Source of the DNA: an uncultured Chloroflexia bacterium
GTDB taxonomy: Bacteria > Chloroflexota > Limnocylindria > Limnocylindrales > CSP1-4
Reading direction: 5' to 3'
Length of the DNA: 64,000 bases
Assembly (NCBI GenBank): GCA_963713975.1
Contig: OY970218.1
Span: 1,760,001 to 1,824,000, forward strand
Every line of letters starts with the position of its first letter. Position 1 is the stretch's first letter. The translations under genes and the position numbers were made by a program. The notes below the pieces were generated by a model. That model was not told where the DNA came from and made no database searches. It worked only from the letters and a program-made list of their open reading frames with translations. Of this stretch, positions 37,526 through 47,400 are shown one piece after another.

Positions 37526-37864
37526 GAGGTGAGAACGAACCCCCTCGACCGACGCACCCTTGGTCGAGTTGCACGACCGGCACAGCACCGCGGTGTTCGC
37601 GATGCCGAACGGCGCACCGCCAGCTGTCAGCAACACGACGTGGTCGACGGTCAGGTCCCGTGCTGCGTGCGCGGCACGCTGGTAGCCGGGACACGAGTCG
37701 CCGTGCTCACCACGCCAGGCGCGCAGCACCCGAGCGCTGAGCCGCTGCCAGGCGGGGGTGCTGTAGAGGGCGTTGTGTCGGCTGCGGTTGGACTGGCGGG
37801 CGTGCGTCGCGCACCGACTGCCAGCGCGGCTGGTGACGACACCGCAGACCGTGCACAGCTTCAC
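37514..37864 (-). CDS. Phage-type HNH endonuclease
   Basis: CTVCG...RCATH, Y...W.RL, VDHVV...GG...N...LCRSCNSTK. Confidence 0.85.
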   Translation of the reverse strand: MKLCTVCGVVTSRAGSRCATHARQSNRSRHNALYSTPAWQRLSARVLRAWRGEHGDSCPGYQRAAHAARDLTVDHVVLLTAGGAPFGIANTAVLCRSCNSTKGASVEGVRSHLWLQ

Positions 37865-38044
37865 CCGCGAATCATCGATGGTGTGGGCGGTCGGGTCTAG
37901 TCGCCTGCGGTGCTTGGCGTGGAGGTGAGTGCCAGCCATGTCGAGCGGCCACCGCTCGGATGCGATCGTCACCTACGCTTGTCGCGGCGCGTCACGTCGG
38001 CCGGCGGAAGCCTTCCGCAGCCGACGGCAGGAGTGGGGAAGTTG

Positions 38045-38659
38045 ATGCGACGGATCGCAGCATTGGCCGGTGTCGGCGCGCTCGCAGCGATCCTCGTCTG
38101 CGCGACCCCTGCGCCCGTCAGCGCCTGCACGTCTAGCCAGCCCTCATTCGCGGAGGCCGTCCGCGGCGCCCGGGCAATCGCGCGAGTCACGGTCGTCGAG
38201 GGCTGGGACGGCTACCAGGACGATCCGACCCACAGTGAGACCTACCGGGTCAACCGCGTCCTGAAGGGTTCGCTCCCGGAGCTCGTCACGGTGGCACCCG
38301 CGTGGACCACGCTCTGTCACGACAGCGTCGTCGGCTACTTTGGCGGCGCCGAGGGAGCGGTGATCATCATCGCATTCGATGTGCCCTACTACGACCAGAC
38401 CATCCACCCCATGTGGGCCTTCGACCGCAAGCAGGGCGTGCTGGGCAGCGCTGGCGTGCCATCGGGGGTGTCGACCCTGGCGGACCTCGAGGCGGCCATC
38501 CGCTCCAAGCTCGGCATGCCGGACACGGCGACGGCCGAGCCCGCGGCGGACCACGTGCCGCCACTCCTGCCGTCCGTCCTGGCCGCGGCTGGCGGCTTCG
38601 TGCTGGCCTTGCGGCGGGTATCGCGTCGATCGCGTCGCTCCGCCGCAAAGCGCCCGTAG
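38045..38659 (+). CDS. Exported hypothetical protein with C-terminal sorting-like signal
   Basis: Signal peptide ending VSA-C; C-terminal MPDTA + hydrophobic stretch + Arg-rich tail. Confidence 0.7.
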   Translation: MRRIAALAGVGALAAILVCATPAPVSACTSSQPSFAEAVRGARAIARVTVVEGWDGYQDDPTHSETYRVNRVLKGSLPELVTVAPAWTTLCHDSVVGYFGGAEGAVIIIAFDVPYYDQTIHPMWAFDRKQGVLGSAGVPSGVSTLADLEAAIRSKLGMPDTATAEPAADHVPPLLPSVLAAAGGFVLALRRVSRRSRRSAAKRP

Positions 38660-38736
38660 TCGGCGGCGAGAGGTCACCTGGGGCATTGAGCGTGTGCGGC
38701 TCGTCGCACGGGATCAAGTCACTTGAGGGGAGGAGG

Positions 38737-39123
38737 ATGGGCAGTCGTGCTCGACCGCGAACGATCGTCGTCGCAATCCTCGGTGTCGTGATCGTTGCCG
38801 CGGCCACCTGGCTGGTTGTGGTGCCTCGCGTCCGCAACTCGCTCGCCGGTGCGGATGGCATCCATGACGCGGGCGCACTCCCGGCGCGCATCCAGTTGTG
38901 CGGGCGCTCCTGGCGCAAGGACGAGCTCGCTCGCAGCTTCACCGCCGCCCGCATCCGCGAGGAGTTCGGAGTCGAACCGATCGTCGTGGATCCGGCTCCG
39001 TTTGCCCCCTGTCCTCCTGGGCCATGCACGGACGTTGCGCAGGCCGAGTCGTGTCACGTCGTGATCTGGGTGAGGGTCGCCGAGGACGGCTACATGGACT
39101 ACTCGCTCCAGGGCGGCCCGTAG
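38737..39123 (+). CDS. Exported hypothetical protein
   Basis: AGGAGG RBS; N-terminal TM; CGRSW...YSLQGGP with four Cys. Confidence 0.7.
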   Translation: MGSRARPRTIVVAILGVVIVAAATWLVVVPRVRNSLAGADGIHDAGALPARIQLCGRSWRKDELARSFTAARIREEFGVEPIVVDPAPFAPCPPGPCTDVAQAESCHVVIWVRVAEDGYMDYSLQGGP

Positions 39124-39185
39124 GAGCCTGGGAAGGCCAGGCACAATCTGACGGTGCTTAGCGTCTGCTGGTGCGGAGGCCTCCG

Positions 39186-40436
39186 ATGAAGATCCTGGGA
39201 CTCGCGGCTGCGCTGATCCTCGCGGCCTGTTCGGGCAGCGTGCCGACGGCGACGAGCGGCCCCAGCATGGCCGGGCCAGATGCGTCGCCGTCACCGGCGA
39301 CCGAGACGGTGCCAGCGGCCTCCGCGTCGCCGACTCCAGTCACGGACCTTCCGTCATGGCCGCCGCAGCCGAACCGCGACTTCCGATTCGTCTCGATCGA
39401 CCAGTTGACGCTGAGTGAGGACGGACGCCACCTGTCGCTGGACTTCGTGGGCTCGCGAGAGTACGCGGCCGACGACCCGTGCTCGGCCGAGTACAAGGCG
39501 ACCGTCACGGTGGTCGACGGTGTGCTTGAGGTCGGCGTCGAGGAGTCGCGCCGACCGGACGCGACCGAGGGAACGGAGTGTGACGCGATGGGCCATGCCC
39601 GAAGCCTCGAGGTCGCCCTCCAGCAGCCGTTCACCGGCTCGGTCTGGCGCGATCTCAACGGGTATCTGCACTTCCTGGCCCCACCTGACGGGCTTGTCGA
39701 ACTTGCGGGCCTGCCCGATGGCTGGGAGCTGCGGTCCCAGCGCGACGTGGAGCTGAGCCAGACAGGTCGTTGGGAACGGACCTACTCGCCCGATCCCTCG
39801 CTGACCGACCAGACCAGGAGCGTCGTCCTGTACCAGTCCTTCGACGGTCCGGTGAACGTCACCGGGGGCACCGAAGAACGCGGCGTGGTCGTCAGCGGCC
39901 AGCCGGCGACCTTGCACCGCTGGCCGCCGAACGGCGAGCTCGTGCTCGTCTGGCAACTCGGCAACGATGGCCTAGCGCTCGTGGCCTACGAGCAGCAGTT
40001 CTCGGTCGACGAGCTCATCGCCCTCGCCGAGTCGGCGACGCCAGCAGCGCCCACAAGCGGGTCAGGTGCCACGTGGGGACCACTGGCGGTGGTGCCGCCT
40101 CAGGATGGCGCGGACACTGCTCGCACCGAGGGAACGCTCAGGATCACTGACGCCTGCGTTTTCCTGGATGGACTCGGCGAGCGTGTCCTGCTCGTGTGGC
40201 CAGCCGATCGGACGACGTGGAACGCAAAGACGCGAGCGATCACTTTCGCGAACTTCGACGGGAGCACAGTGAGTGCTGGAGACGGCACGGAGGTCGCGCT
40301 CGGTGGAAGCGGCGACAGCAGCGAGGAGAGCGGCACGACCTCCGAAGAATGGCTGGCGCGGACGCCCTGGGTGGCTCCGCCCGCCGAAGGGTGTCCGGCC
40401 GAGTCGTGGTGGTGGGTCGGCGCGATGACGCGCTGA
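39186..40436 (+). CDS. Hypothetical lipoprotein
   Basis: GGAGG RBS; MKILGLAAALILAAC lipobox; multi-domain with Cys pairs. Confidence 0.75.
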   Translation: MKILGLAAALILAACSGSVPTATSGPSMAGPDASPSPATETVPAASASPTPVTDLPSWPPQPNRDFRFVSIDQLTLSEDGRHLSLDFVGSREYAADDPCSAEYKATVTVVDGVLEVGVEESRRPDATEGTECDAMGHARSLEVALQQPFTGSVWRDLNGYLHFLAPPDGLVELAGLPDGWELRSQRDVELSQTGRWERTYSPDPSLTDQTRSVVLYQSFDGPVNVTGGTEERGVVVSGQPATLHRWPPNGELVLVWQLGNDGLALVAYEQQFSVDELIALAESATPAAPTSGSGATWGPLAVVPPQDGADTARTEGTLRITDACVFLDGLGERVLLVWPADRTTWNAKTRAITFANFDGSTVSAGDGTEVALGGSGDSSEESGTTSEEWLARTPWVAPPAEGCPAESWWWVGAMTR

Positions 40437-40441
40437 CGCAG

Positions 40442-40690
40442 TCAGCTTGGCTCCAGCGTGGGCACGACGAGCCACCCCTCCGCCCGCCCCCGGTAGTTCA
40501 GCTGCTCGGTCGTGAGCCCGGACCGCGCCCGGAGGTCGGCACAGTGGCGCTTCGCGGTGCTCGGCCGGATACCGACGCGGGCTGCCGCGTCCGCGACGGA
40601 GCCGCCGGCGGCGACGAACGCGGCAAGGACGTCGACCTGGCGGGCAGTCGGCGTCCGCGGGAGCGTGCCGCGAAGGTAGCCGTCTCTCAC
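40442..40690 (-). CDS. Small LuxR-type HTH protein
   Basis: PTARQVDVL...AAARVGIRPSTAKRHCADLRARSG; GTGA overlap with the holin-like gene. Confidence 0.7.
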   Translation of the reverse strand: MRDGYLRGTLPRTPTARQVDVLAAFVAAGGSVADAAARVGIRPSTAKRHCADLRARSGLTTEQLNYRGRAEGWLVVPTLEPS

Positions 40691-40878
40691 CGCGGGCTCA
40701 CGCGGCTGCGGGTGATGAGCCCGAGGACGACCGCGGTTACGGCGAGGATCGCGCCGATCTGGTCCGGTGCGAGGGAGAGGCCGAACGCCACGACCAGGGC
40801 GATGACCGCCTGAACCAGGGCGAGGACCATGGCTGGCTCCCGGCCCCAGATCGTGCCGGGTTGGCTGTCCATCGTCAC
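40687..40878 (-). CDS. Holin-like small membrane protein
   Basis: 63 aa, two TMs, REPA...RSRVSP; immediately downstream of the amidase. Confidence 0.65.
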   Translation of the reverse strand: MTMDSQPGTIWGREPAMVLALVQAVIALVVAFGLSLAPDQIGAILAVTAVVLGLITRSRVSPR

Positions 40879-41879
40879 GCTCCGTACGTCGCGGCCGCGA
40901 CGCCCGCGGCCTTGACCGCCGCTGCAGCGGCCTTGGCGGCAGCGTCGAGCTGCGCCTGGCTGAACGGCGTGGGGTCGGGCGCGGGGCGGACGGCGGTGAC
41001 CTCGGACGCCTTCGCGAACATCGCGCGTCCCTGGTGGACGCCCTTCGCGTCGACGTACTCGACGATGCGATAGGCACTCGTGGGCTGGCCGAGGTACGGC
41101 ATGTCACGCCCCGGGTCCACCTGCACGTTGTCGGGGGAGGCTTCGAGCGAGGAGGTCGCGTACAGCCAGGTGCCAGCGGGCACGGTGGCGATGCTCTGGA
41201 CCTTCGGTACGGGGTAGCTGTTCACGGTCTCCTCGGGTGCGGACGGCGCTGGTGCCAGGGCTGCGAGGTAGCGGGCCTGCGGGAACCCCACGGGATCGTC
41301 CGCCCAGGGCCGCCAGCAGGAGGGCTTGGGGCGCCCGGCGATGTAGTGGTGGTCGATGAGGTGGTGGCGGTCGATCGGGATCGCCCGGAGCTCCCGGGTG
41401 ATTGCCGTCTCGGTGCCGGCGCGGAACCGGGTCCCGGCGCCCTTGAGCTCGGCGACGTCGCCACGCAGCAGCAGGGCGTCGAGCGCGATCGAGGCCGCGA
41501 TGACGCCCTCGGGCACGACGCCCTTGCCCGAACCTGCCGTGCGGCCGCCGTTGTCGTGGTGCTCGATGCTCACCGTGCGGCTGTTGACGAGGCGCGTCGG
41601 GTAGCGGTCGTCCCAGGCGCCCGAGGGGTCCCAGTTGCCGTTGCCCCAGGCCTGGTCGCCGAGCCTGACGTACTGGTGGACGTGGGCGGTCGTCGGGTGG
41701 CCGGCGCGGCCGCAGCCGGAGCCGATGCCGGAGTGGGTCGAGGCCTCGCGACCGTCGGGCGAGGTGAACGCGGCGTCGGTCGAGCGCAGGGTGCCGACCA
41801 TGCGGTGATGGACGAGCGCGATCAGCGGTGCCGGGTGGCCGGCCGTGAACTTGGGTGAGCCGACCCAATAGATCGTCAC
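40875..41879 (-). CDS. N-acetylmuramoyl-L-alanine amidase (endolysin-like)
   Basis: GAGG before GTG; LVHH, ASTH, QYV...DQAWGNG, N..TVSIEH, H...C Zn ligands. Confidence 0.8.
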   Translation of the reverse strand: MTIYWVGSPKFTAGHPAPLIALVHHRMVGTLRSTDAAFTSPDGREASTHSGIGSGCGRAGHPTTAHVHQYVRLGDQAWGNGNWDPSGAWDDRYPTRLVNSRTVSIEHHDNGGRTAGSGKGVVPEGVIAASIALDALLLRGDVAELKGAGTRFRAGTETAITRELRAIPIDRHHLIDHHYIAGRPKPSCWRPWADDPVGFPQARYLAALAPAPSAPEETVNSYPVPKVQSIATVPAGTWLYATSSLEASPDNVQVDPGRDMPYLGQPTSAYRIVEYVDAKGVHQGRAMFAKASEVTAVRPAPDPTPFSQAQLDAAAKAAAAAVKAAGVAAATYGA

Positions 41880-41983
41880 CTCACACCCCGCCAGAGCGCG
41901 GAAGCCTCGAGTCCCAGGAGCGCGAGGATCGCGCCGAGGAGTAGACATCGGCCCGGCGGCGGTCGGCCGCGTCGTCGCCCCGT

Positions 41984-42109
41984 TCATCGCCCATGCTGGC
42001 GCAGCCGGTCGATCCAGGCATCGACGAGGAGCGGGAGCACGAAGCGGTCGAGGGCGCCGCCCATCAGGACGCCGGCGAGGAACGCCAGGACGAGCTCGAC
42101 CCCGCTCAT
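41984..42109 (-). CDS. 41-aa single-TM protein (phage-like)
   Basis: Manual translation MSGVELVLAFLAGVLMGGALDRFVLPLLVDAWIDRLRQHGR*; ATGA overlaps at both ends. Confidence 0.55.
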   Translation of the reverse strand: MSGVELVLAFLAGVLMGGALDRFVLPLLVDAWIDRLRQHGR

Positions 42110-42421
42110 CGCGCCGCCGAGAGACAGGTGACGGCGCGGACGTACCCGGTGGGGGGAACCGGGAGTCGACCTGGATCGGACCAGCGCGCCGTCATGCGGT
42201 TAGCGTGCGGGCGGCGGGCTCCAGTTTCTAGTTGGCCGATTGGGCCATGTCCTTGGACTGCGAGACGCGTCCTCAGACCGCCGCACCGTCGGTGAAGCTT
42301 CCCGGACCTGGCTTTGTGCGTCCAGACGGGACCGATAGGTTGCGACCTTGCGCTCGGCACGCGACGATGGCACCAACGGAACACCCACTCTCTCCGTCGA
42401 ACCGCACGAGGGGATCCAGCC

Positions 42422-44225
42422 GTGGACGCAGGCCCGGTCGAGCCCGCCCCAGACGACTCGGGGCAATTCGCCTCGCCCGTTGCGCCTGCCATCCACCGAG
42501 TCACCGTTCGCGGGCTGCGGGTCCACTGGTACGACGGGGGCGAGGAGCCGGTGACCGCCACGCTCCGGTTCCGCGTCGGACCCGTGGACGAGACGGTGGC
42601 CTCGGCGGGGCTCACGGCCATGGCGGCGAACGCGATCGTCGCCGAGGCGATCGACGCGCTCGGTCTGCGCCCCCACATGGATCCGATGCCCTCGGCCGCC
42701 GCCGACGGTGACCGTGGCCTCGGTGGCTCGCCGGAGCCCGACGACGAGAACGGCGAGGAGGTGCCCACTGCAGAGAAGGATGCGACGGACGTCGGCGACG
42801 ATGATGTCGCGACGGACGGCGCAGCCGACGACTGGGAGGACGAGGAGGCGTGGGGCGCAGAGGACGCCACGAAGGCGGGCATCTACCCCGCACTCGGGTG
42901 GGCCCTCGACGGGACCAGCGTCGCCTTCACCTGCACGGGGACCGCGGCGGAGGTGGGCGAGCGACTCGCCTGCCTCGTCGTGCCGGACGCGCCCTGGACC
43001 ACGGTCGCGCCGGGGTCCGGTGCGGCACGGTGGTGTCAGGCAGGCGTCGAACGCACGACGATCGAGGAGCTTCTTGCGCCGTGGTTCGGCGCACGCGGGT
43101 ACGGGCTCGGCTATGTCCTCGGGCGATTCGCGGGCGCGGAGCCGACCCCTGCGGAGTTGCATGCGTGGGCGCGATCCCGGTTCGTCCGAGAGAATGCCGT
43201 GCTCGTCCTCAACCGCGACCCCGAGCAGATCGAACTGCCGGACCTGCCCGCGGGTCGGCCATATCCGCCGCCACTCCCGCAGCCCGTCGCGACCGTGCCC
43301 ACCTTCATCCCGATCGGCGACGGCGTGCTGGCCTGGGGTGGCATCGGGCCGCGAGTCCCCGCCCTGTCGACGGCGGTTCACGCATTTGCGGACCGCCTGC
43401 GCCGCCAAGTTGAGGGTCCGCACCGCCTCGTGTTCGAGGTCGAGGTGTCGATCCTGCCGCTCGATGCGGCCAGCGCGCTCGTGGTGATCGCTGTCGAGGG
43501 TGCCGACCTCGATGCCGCGGTCCTCCTCGCGCCAGATCTCGAGGAGATCCTCGACGACCTCTGTGCCGAGGGTCCCACACCCACCGAACTCACCCGCGAT
43601 CGCAGCCGTCGGCAGAGCCTCGCGTTGGACCGCCCGGGGCTCGCTGACCAGCTCGCGGAGAACGATCTTGCAGGGGCGACGCCTGTCACGTTCGACGAGC
43701 TCATCGGCGCCTGGGACGCCATCGGGGCCGACGACGTGAAGGCGGCGTTGGCCGCCACCCGTTCGCAGTCGCTGCTTCTCGCCCCGCTGCCGGAGGCACC
43801 CGTGGGCTATGAGCCGTCCGCGGGCGCCCAACGGCGCCGGCCGACCGGGATCTTCCGGAAGTCGATTTCGGGACGGCAAGCGCAGCCGCCTTCTCGTCGA
43901 TGACAAAGGCCTCGCCGAGGAACGCGACGGCGAGATCGCGTGGAGCGTGGACTGGCCGGATGTCGAGCTGGTCCACAGCGCCCCGCACCGGCTGCGCCTT
44001 GTCACCCGCGACTGGGGGGAGATCGAGCTCACTGCCGGGGACTGGGCGTACGGGACGCAGCTGCTCGCGGTCGTGGCGCGCGCGATCCCCCCGGAGCGGA
44101 TCGCGTTCGCTATCCCGGATCCGGCGGTGCCGGCGCTGGCTCGACGGCCGGGGTGGTGGTGGGCGGGATCGTCACCCCGAGGTCGAGCGGTCCCGGCCAG
44201 CGACCTCGTCGAACCTCGCGCATGA
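42422..44225 (+). pseudogene. M16 peptidase-like protein lacking HxxEH, apparently frameshifted near 43860-43875
   Basis: ATLRFRVG..DET...GL, F..ENAVL, GPT..EL features; the C-terminal domain (LLVDDKGL...VDWPDV) continues in a different frame. Confidence 0.6.
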
Positions 44226-45720
44226 TCGCCCAGGTGATCGTGACCAGGAGGGCCGCCGCGAACGCGACCGACGCCGCCTCGAGTCGCTCGCCTCCCTCGA
44301 GCGTGACCGCCGAAGCGAAGAGCAGGCCGATGACAACGAAGGCGAACACGCCGATCATCGCGCCGGCGGCGACGTCCCAGCGAAGCCGCGTTCGTCGCGT
44401 CCAGCTCTGCGTGTAGAGCCTTCGGGCGTCCGGGGACAACCGGGTTACGACGCGAAGGAGGAACACAGCCGCGACGAGGGCGAGTCCAGCGAGGATGGCG
44501 ATCACTCCGGTCATCGATGAGGTCGCAGGCACGACGGCGACGAGGAGCGCGGCGAGCGCGGCGCCCACGCCCAGCCGGCGGAGCGGCTGTCGCTCCATGT
44601 CGATGATGGCGGCGCCCCGGTAGTCGACGGAGGCGAGAGAGCGCCGTTGCGCTTCAACGACGAGCGCATGCGCCTCCCGGTGCCGCCCGCGGGCGGCGAG
44701 CAGGATCGCGGCGTTCCACCTCGCGACGGCATGGCCATCGTCGTTCGCCGCGGCTTCGAGGTACGCGGCCTCCGCCTCACGCCACCGGTGCTCGACGACG
44801 GCGGCGTGGCCGCGAAGCGCCTCAGCCTCGGCGGGCAGCCACGGGGCAAGGTCGGCTGCTGCCTCGCGGATCGCCGCGGCGTCTCGCTCGTCCACCGCCG
44901 CGATCGCAGCGCGGATCGCGGCCTGCCGATCCCGGCGGGCACGGGCGAGCCCGCGTTCCGCCACGGCCGGCGCATCGCGACCGAGCAGCGCTGCCTCGAG
45001 CCACGCTGCCACCGCGAGCGCCTCCGCGTCCTCGGGCCACGTGGCCCGGAGCCACCGCGCGAGGTGCATCGCCGCGCCGGCCCGTCCTCGGTTCCAGGTG
45101 GCGAGGGCGTAGGCGACGCCGATGCCAGGCCCGGCCAGACCCTCGCGCAGCCCGGGCTCGAGGAGGGCGATTGCGTCCTCGCTCCTCGACGCCGCGAGCA
45201 GGCCGAGCGCCTCGGCGTGCCTGGCCCCATGGTCGTCCCACTCACCCCGTGCGGGCTGGGGTCGCTGCCACTCGCCCGTCGGATCCGGCTCCAGGCGCTC
45301 GCGGACGAGCGTGCCGAGCGTCTGGTACCAGCCCCACGATTCGAAGGGCTCCGGATCCTCGTGCTTCGCCGCGTCGCCGGTCCGGCGACTGAACACGATC
45401 TGGATCTCGTCCTCTGCGGTCGCGCCCGAGACCAAGATCCGGTCGCCGAGCTCGCCCGGAACGTACCGCACGGACTCAATCGACCCGAGGGGCACTTCGG
45501 TGATCCGGCGCCACAGGAAGCGCGTCTCTGCCAGCACGAGTCGACGGAGCGTCAGCCGGGCCGCGCCGTGCACCGCCCCGAGTCGGGGGAAGCCCCACGC
45601 CAGGCACTGCGCGACGACCGGCTCGTCCGGCGCGAGCGGGGTGGCTCGTTCCAGGTCCCCGGCCAACGTCACGGAGCGGCGCGCCACCCGCCAGCGCTGA
45701 ACCGTCGACGCAGTCGCCAC
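44110..45720 (-). CDS. TPR-like repeat membrane protein
   Basis: AGGAG RBS before GTG 45720; Ala-rich helical repeats (EAEAAYLEAAA...ARWNAAILL..GR..EA); four C-terminal TMs. Confidence 0.6.
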   Translation of the reverse strand: MATASTVQRWRVARRSVTLAGDLERATPLAPDEPVVAQCLAWGFPRLGAVHGAARLTLRRLVLAETRFLWRRITEVPLGSIESVRYVPGELGDRILVSGATAEDEIQIVFSRRTGDAAKHEDPEPFESWGWYQTLGTLVRERLEPDPTGEWQRPQPARGEWDDHGARHAEALGLLAASRSEDAIALLEPGLREGLAGPGIGVAYALATWNRGRAGAAMHLARWLRATWPEDAEALAVAAWLEAALLGRDAPAVAERGLARARRDRQAAIRAAIAAVDERDAAAIREAAADLAPWLPAEAEALRGHAAVVEHRWREAEAAYLEAAANDDGHAVARWNAAILLAARGRHREAHALVVEAQRRSLASVDYRGAAIIDMERQPLRRLGVGAALAALLVAVVPATSSMTGVIAILAGLALVAAVFLLRVVTRLSPDARRLYTQSWTRRTRLRWDVAAGAMIGVFAFVVIGLLFASAVTLEGGERLEAASVAFAAALLVTITWAIMREVRRGRWPGPLDLGVTIPPTTTPAVEPAPAPPDPG

Positions 45721-45820
45721 ACGATCTCCTCGGCCTGTTCTCTCGCACCCCATTGTGCGCTGTGAGGGGCTCCGGTACGTGGGCGATGACGACGCCTTGG
45801 GCCGCCCGCTTGCCGGATCG

Positions 45821-46099
45821 TCAGGGCGCGGAACGCCGCCGCCGCTCACCCTGGGCTCGGCCATCGGGTTCCGGGAGCCGCTCCGCGAGAATCCACACGA
45901 GCTGCGCGGTGGCCGTCGCGCCGACCTTCGATCTCGCATTCGCAAGGTGGTGCTTGACGGTCGAGTGGGACAGGCCGAGCCGGTGAGCAGCCTCCTTCTC
46001 GGAGCCCGCCGCGATGACCGCGGCGACAACTGCGAGCTCGTGGTCCGTGGCGCGCTGAACGGCATGGGGCGACCGGCGCGTCATGCGCTCTGGAGCCAT
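45821..46099 (-). CDS. Small LuxR-type HTH protein
   Basis: TDHELAVV...SEKEAAHRLGLSHSTVKHHLANARSKVGAT..AQLV. Confidence 0.8.
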   Translation of the reverse strand: MAPERMTRRSPHAVQRATDHELAVVAAVIAAGSEKEAAHRLGLSHSTVKHHLANARSKVGATATAQLVWILAERLPEPDGRAQGERRRRSAP

Positions 46100-46236
46100 T
46101 CGGAAGGCTCCGGCGGCTCGGCGAGGCGCATGACGATAGGAAGGTCGTTCGTGGCGGGGCTATCCCTCTCGCCCCGACCAGTCTCACGCACGTCCACCTG
46201 TAGGCCTCCTGGGTCTGGCTGCCCGCCCGCAGCACG

Positions 46237-46605
46237 TCAGGGATGGGGCTCACTCCAATCCCGTGGAAGTGCGGTGGTCACGACTCGACCGTCCGCGCCC
46301 TTGACGCACGCCCCCATCTCCTTGACGGTCGCCGTGCCGCCCGTTGGAGTGAACTCGACCCACCCCAGGGTGGCCAGCAGGTAGACCTCCTCCTGAGGGT
46401 CGCCGTTTCCGAGAGACGCCGGGAGGTTGAACATGTCGAAGTCCGCCTTCTGCGCGACGAGGATCGGCGTGTTCGCAGGCCACCCGCATTCAGCCATCGT
46501 CATCGGCACATCGGCCGGCAGGGCAATAGGAGTCGTGCCCGGCGGGCCGGAACACGCGGCAACGATCATCGCGGCCACCACGGTGGCCGCAGGCAAGGTC
46601 CTCAT
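46237..46605 (-). CDS. Hypothetical lipoprotein
   Basis: MRTLPAATVVAAMIVAAC lipobox. Confidence 0.6.
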   Translation of the reverse strand: MRTLPAATVVAAMIVAACSGPPGTTPIALPADVPMTMAECGWPANTPILVAQKADFDMFNLPASLGNGDPQEEVYLLATLGWVEFTPTGGTATVKEMGACVKGADGRVVTTALPRDWSEPHP

Positions 46606-47004
46606 GGGCCACCGAAGCTTGACGACTGGTCGCCGTGAGGTCACCGCACGTCGCCTCCATGCTGGTGGGGCAGCCGCCACGCCTCGCTCGCCTTGGTTGT
46701 GGAGCGATCCGAGCGCGTCCGCCACTCACCCCTAGGCTACACGGCTGCGCGGTCAGATCCGATCGGCGTACCGCCACGGATCCGCCGACCACCGTGCGGA
46801 GCTTGACCATCGGGCGGGCTACTATGCGAACGCGCCCCTGTCGGTTGACCCGAGGGAGTGATCGTGGCCGCCACAGAAGCCCGCATCGTGCGCAGATCCG
46901 TCAATCCCCTCCTGCCGTCGAACGAGTTCATTCGGGATGTGGACCGGCTGCTCGACCCCACCCGCGCGCCTCGGGCCGGGCCAGGCGGCTTCTCGAGCCG
47001 TGCG

Positions 47005-47400
47005 ATGCTAGAACGCGTGACCGGCCCCGCTGCTACCGACGAGACCCGTATCGATCGCTGGCTGTGCGCGGTGCGTCTCGTGAAGACCCGCCCGCTTGCG
47101 ACCCGGCTGTGCGAGGGCAGCCACGTCCTCGTGAACGGATCGCCGGCGAAGCCGTCGACGAAGGTTCGCACGGGCGATCGCGTGGAGGCGCTCATCGCCG
47201 ATCGCGAGCGCGTCGTCGAGGTCGTGAGGCCGATCGAGTCGCGTGTCGGGGCCCCTGTCGCCGCGACCTGCTACGTGGACCACAGCCCGCCCGTCGTGCC
47301 GAAGGGCGGGCCCGCGATCGTGCTCGTCCGCGGGGAGGGCCGGCCGAGCAAGCGCCTGCGGCGCGAGCTCGAGCGCCTGCGCAGGGCCACCGACGCCTGA
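47005..47400 (+). CDS. hslR: S4-domain RNA-binding protein (Hsp15/HslR family)
   Basis: RIDRWL..VRLVKTR..A...C.G.HV.VNG..AKP...V..GD and GRPSKR.RRELE; start approximate. Confidence 0.85.
   Translation: MLERVTGPAATDETRIDRWLCAVRLVKTRPLATRLCEGSHVLVNGSPAKPSTKVRTGDRVEALIADRERVVEVVRPIESRVGAPVAATCYVDHSPPVVPKGGPAIVLVRGEGRPSKRLRRELERLRRATDA

Larger units (their letters stand above)
37514..42160 (-). mobile_element. Degenerate prophage fragment (lysis module to HNH) with opposite-strand cargo
   Basis: Minus-strand small TM gene, amidase, holin-like gene, HTH and HNH; no integrase, terminase or structural genes seen. Confidence 0.6.

Noticed and set aside
38045-40436. Integron cassette array
   Set aside because: No RYYYAAC...GTTRRRY attC-like structure between the genes and no intI
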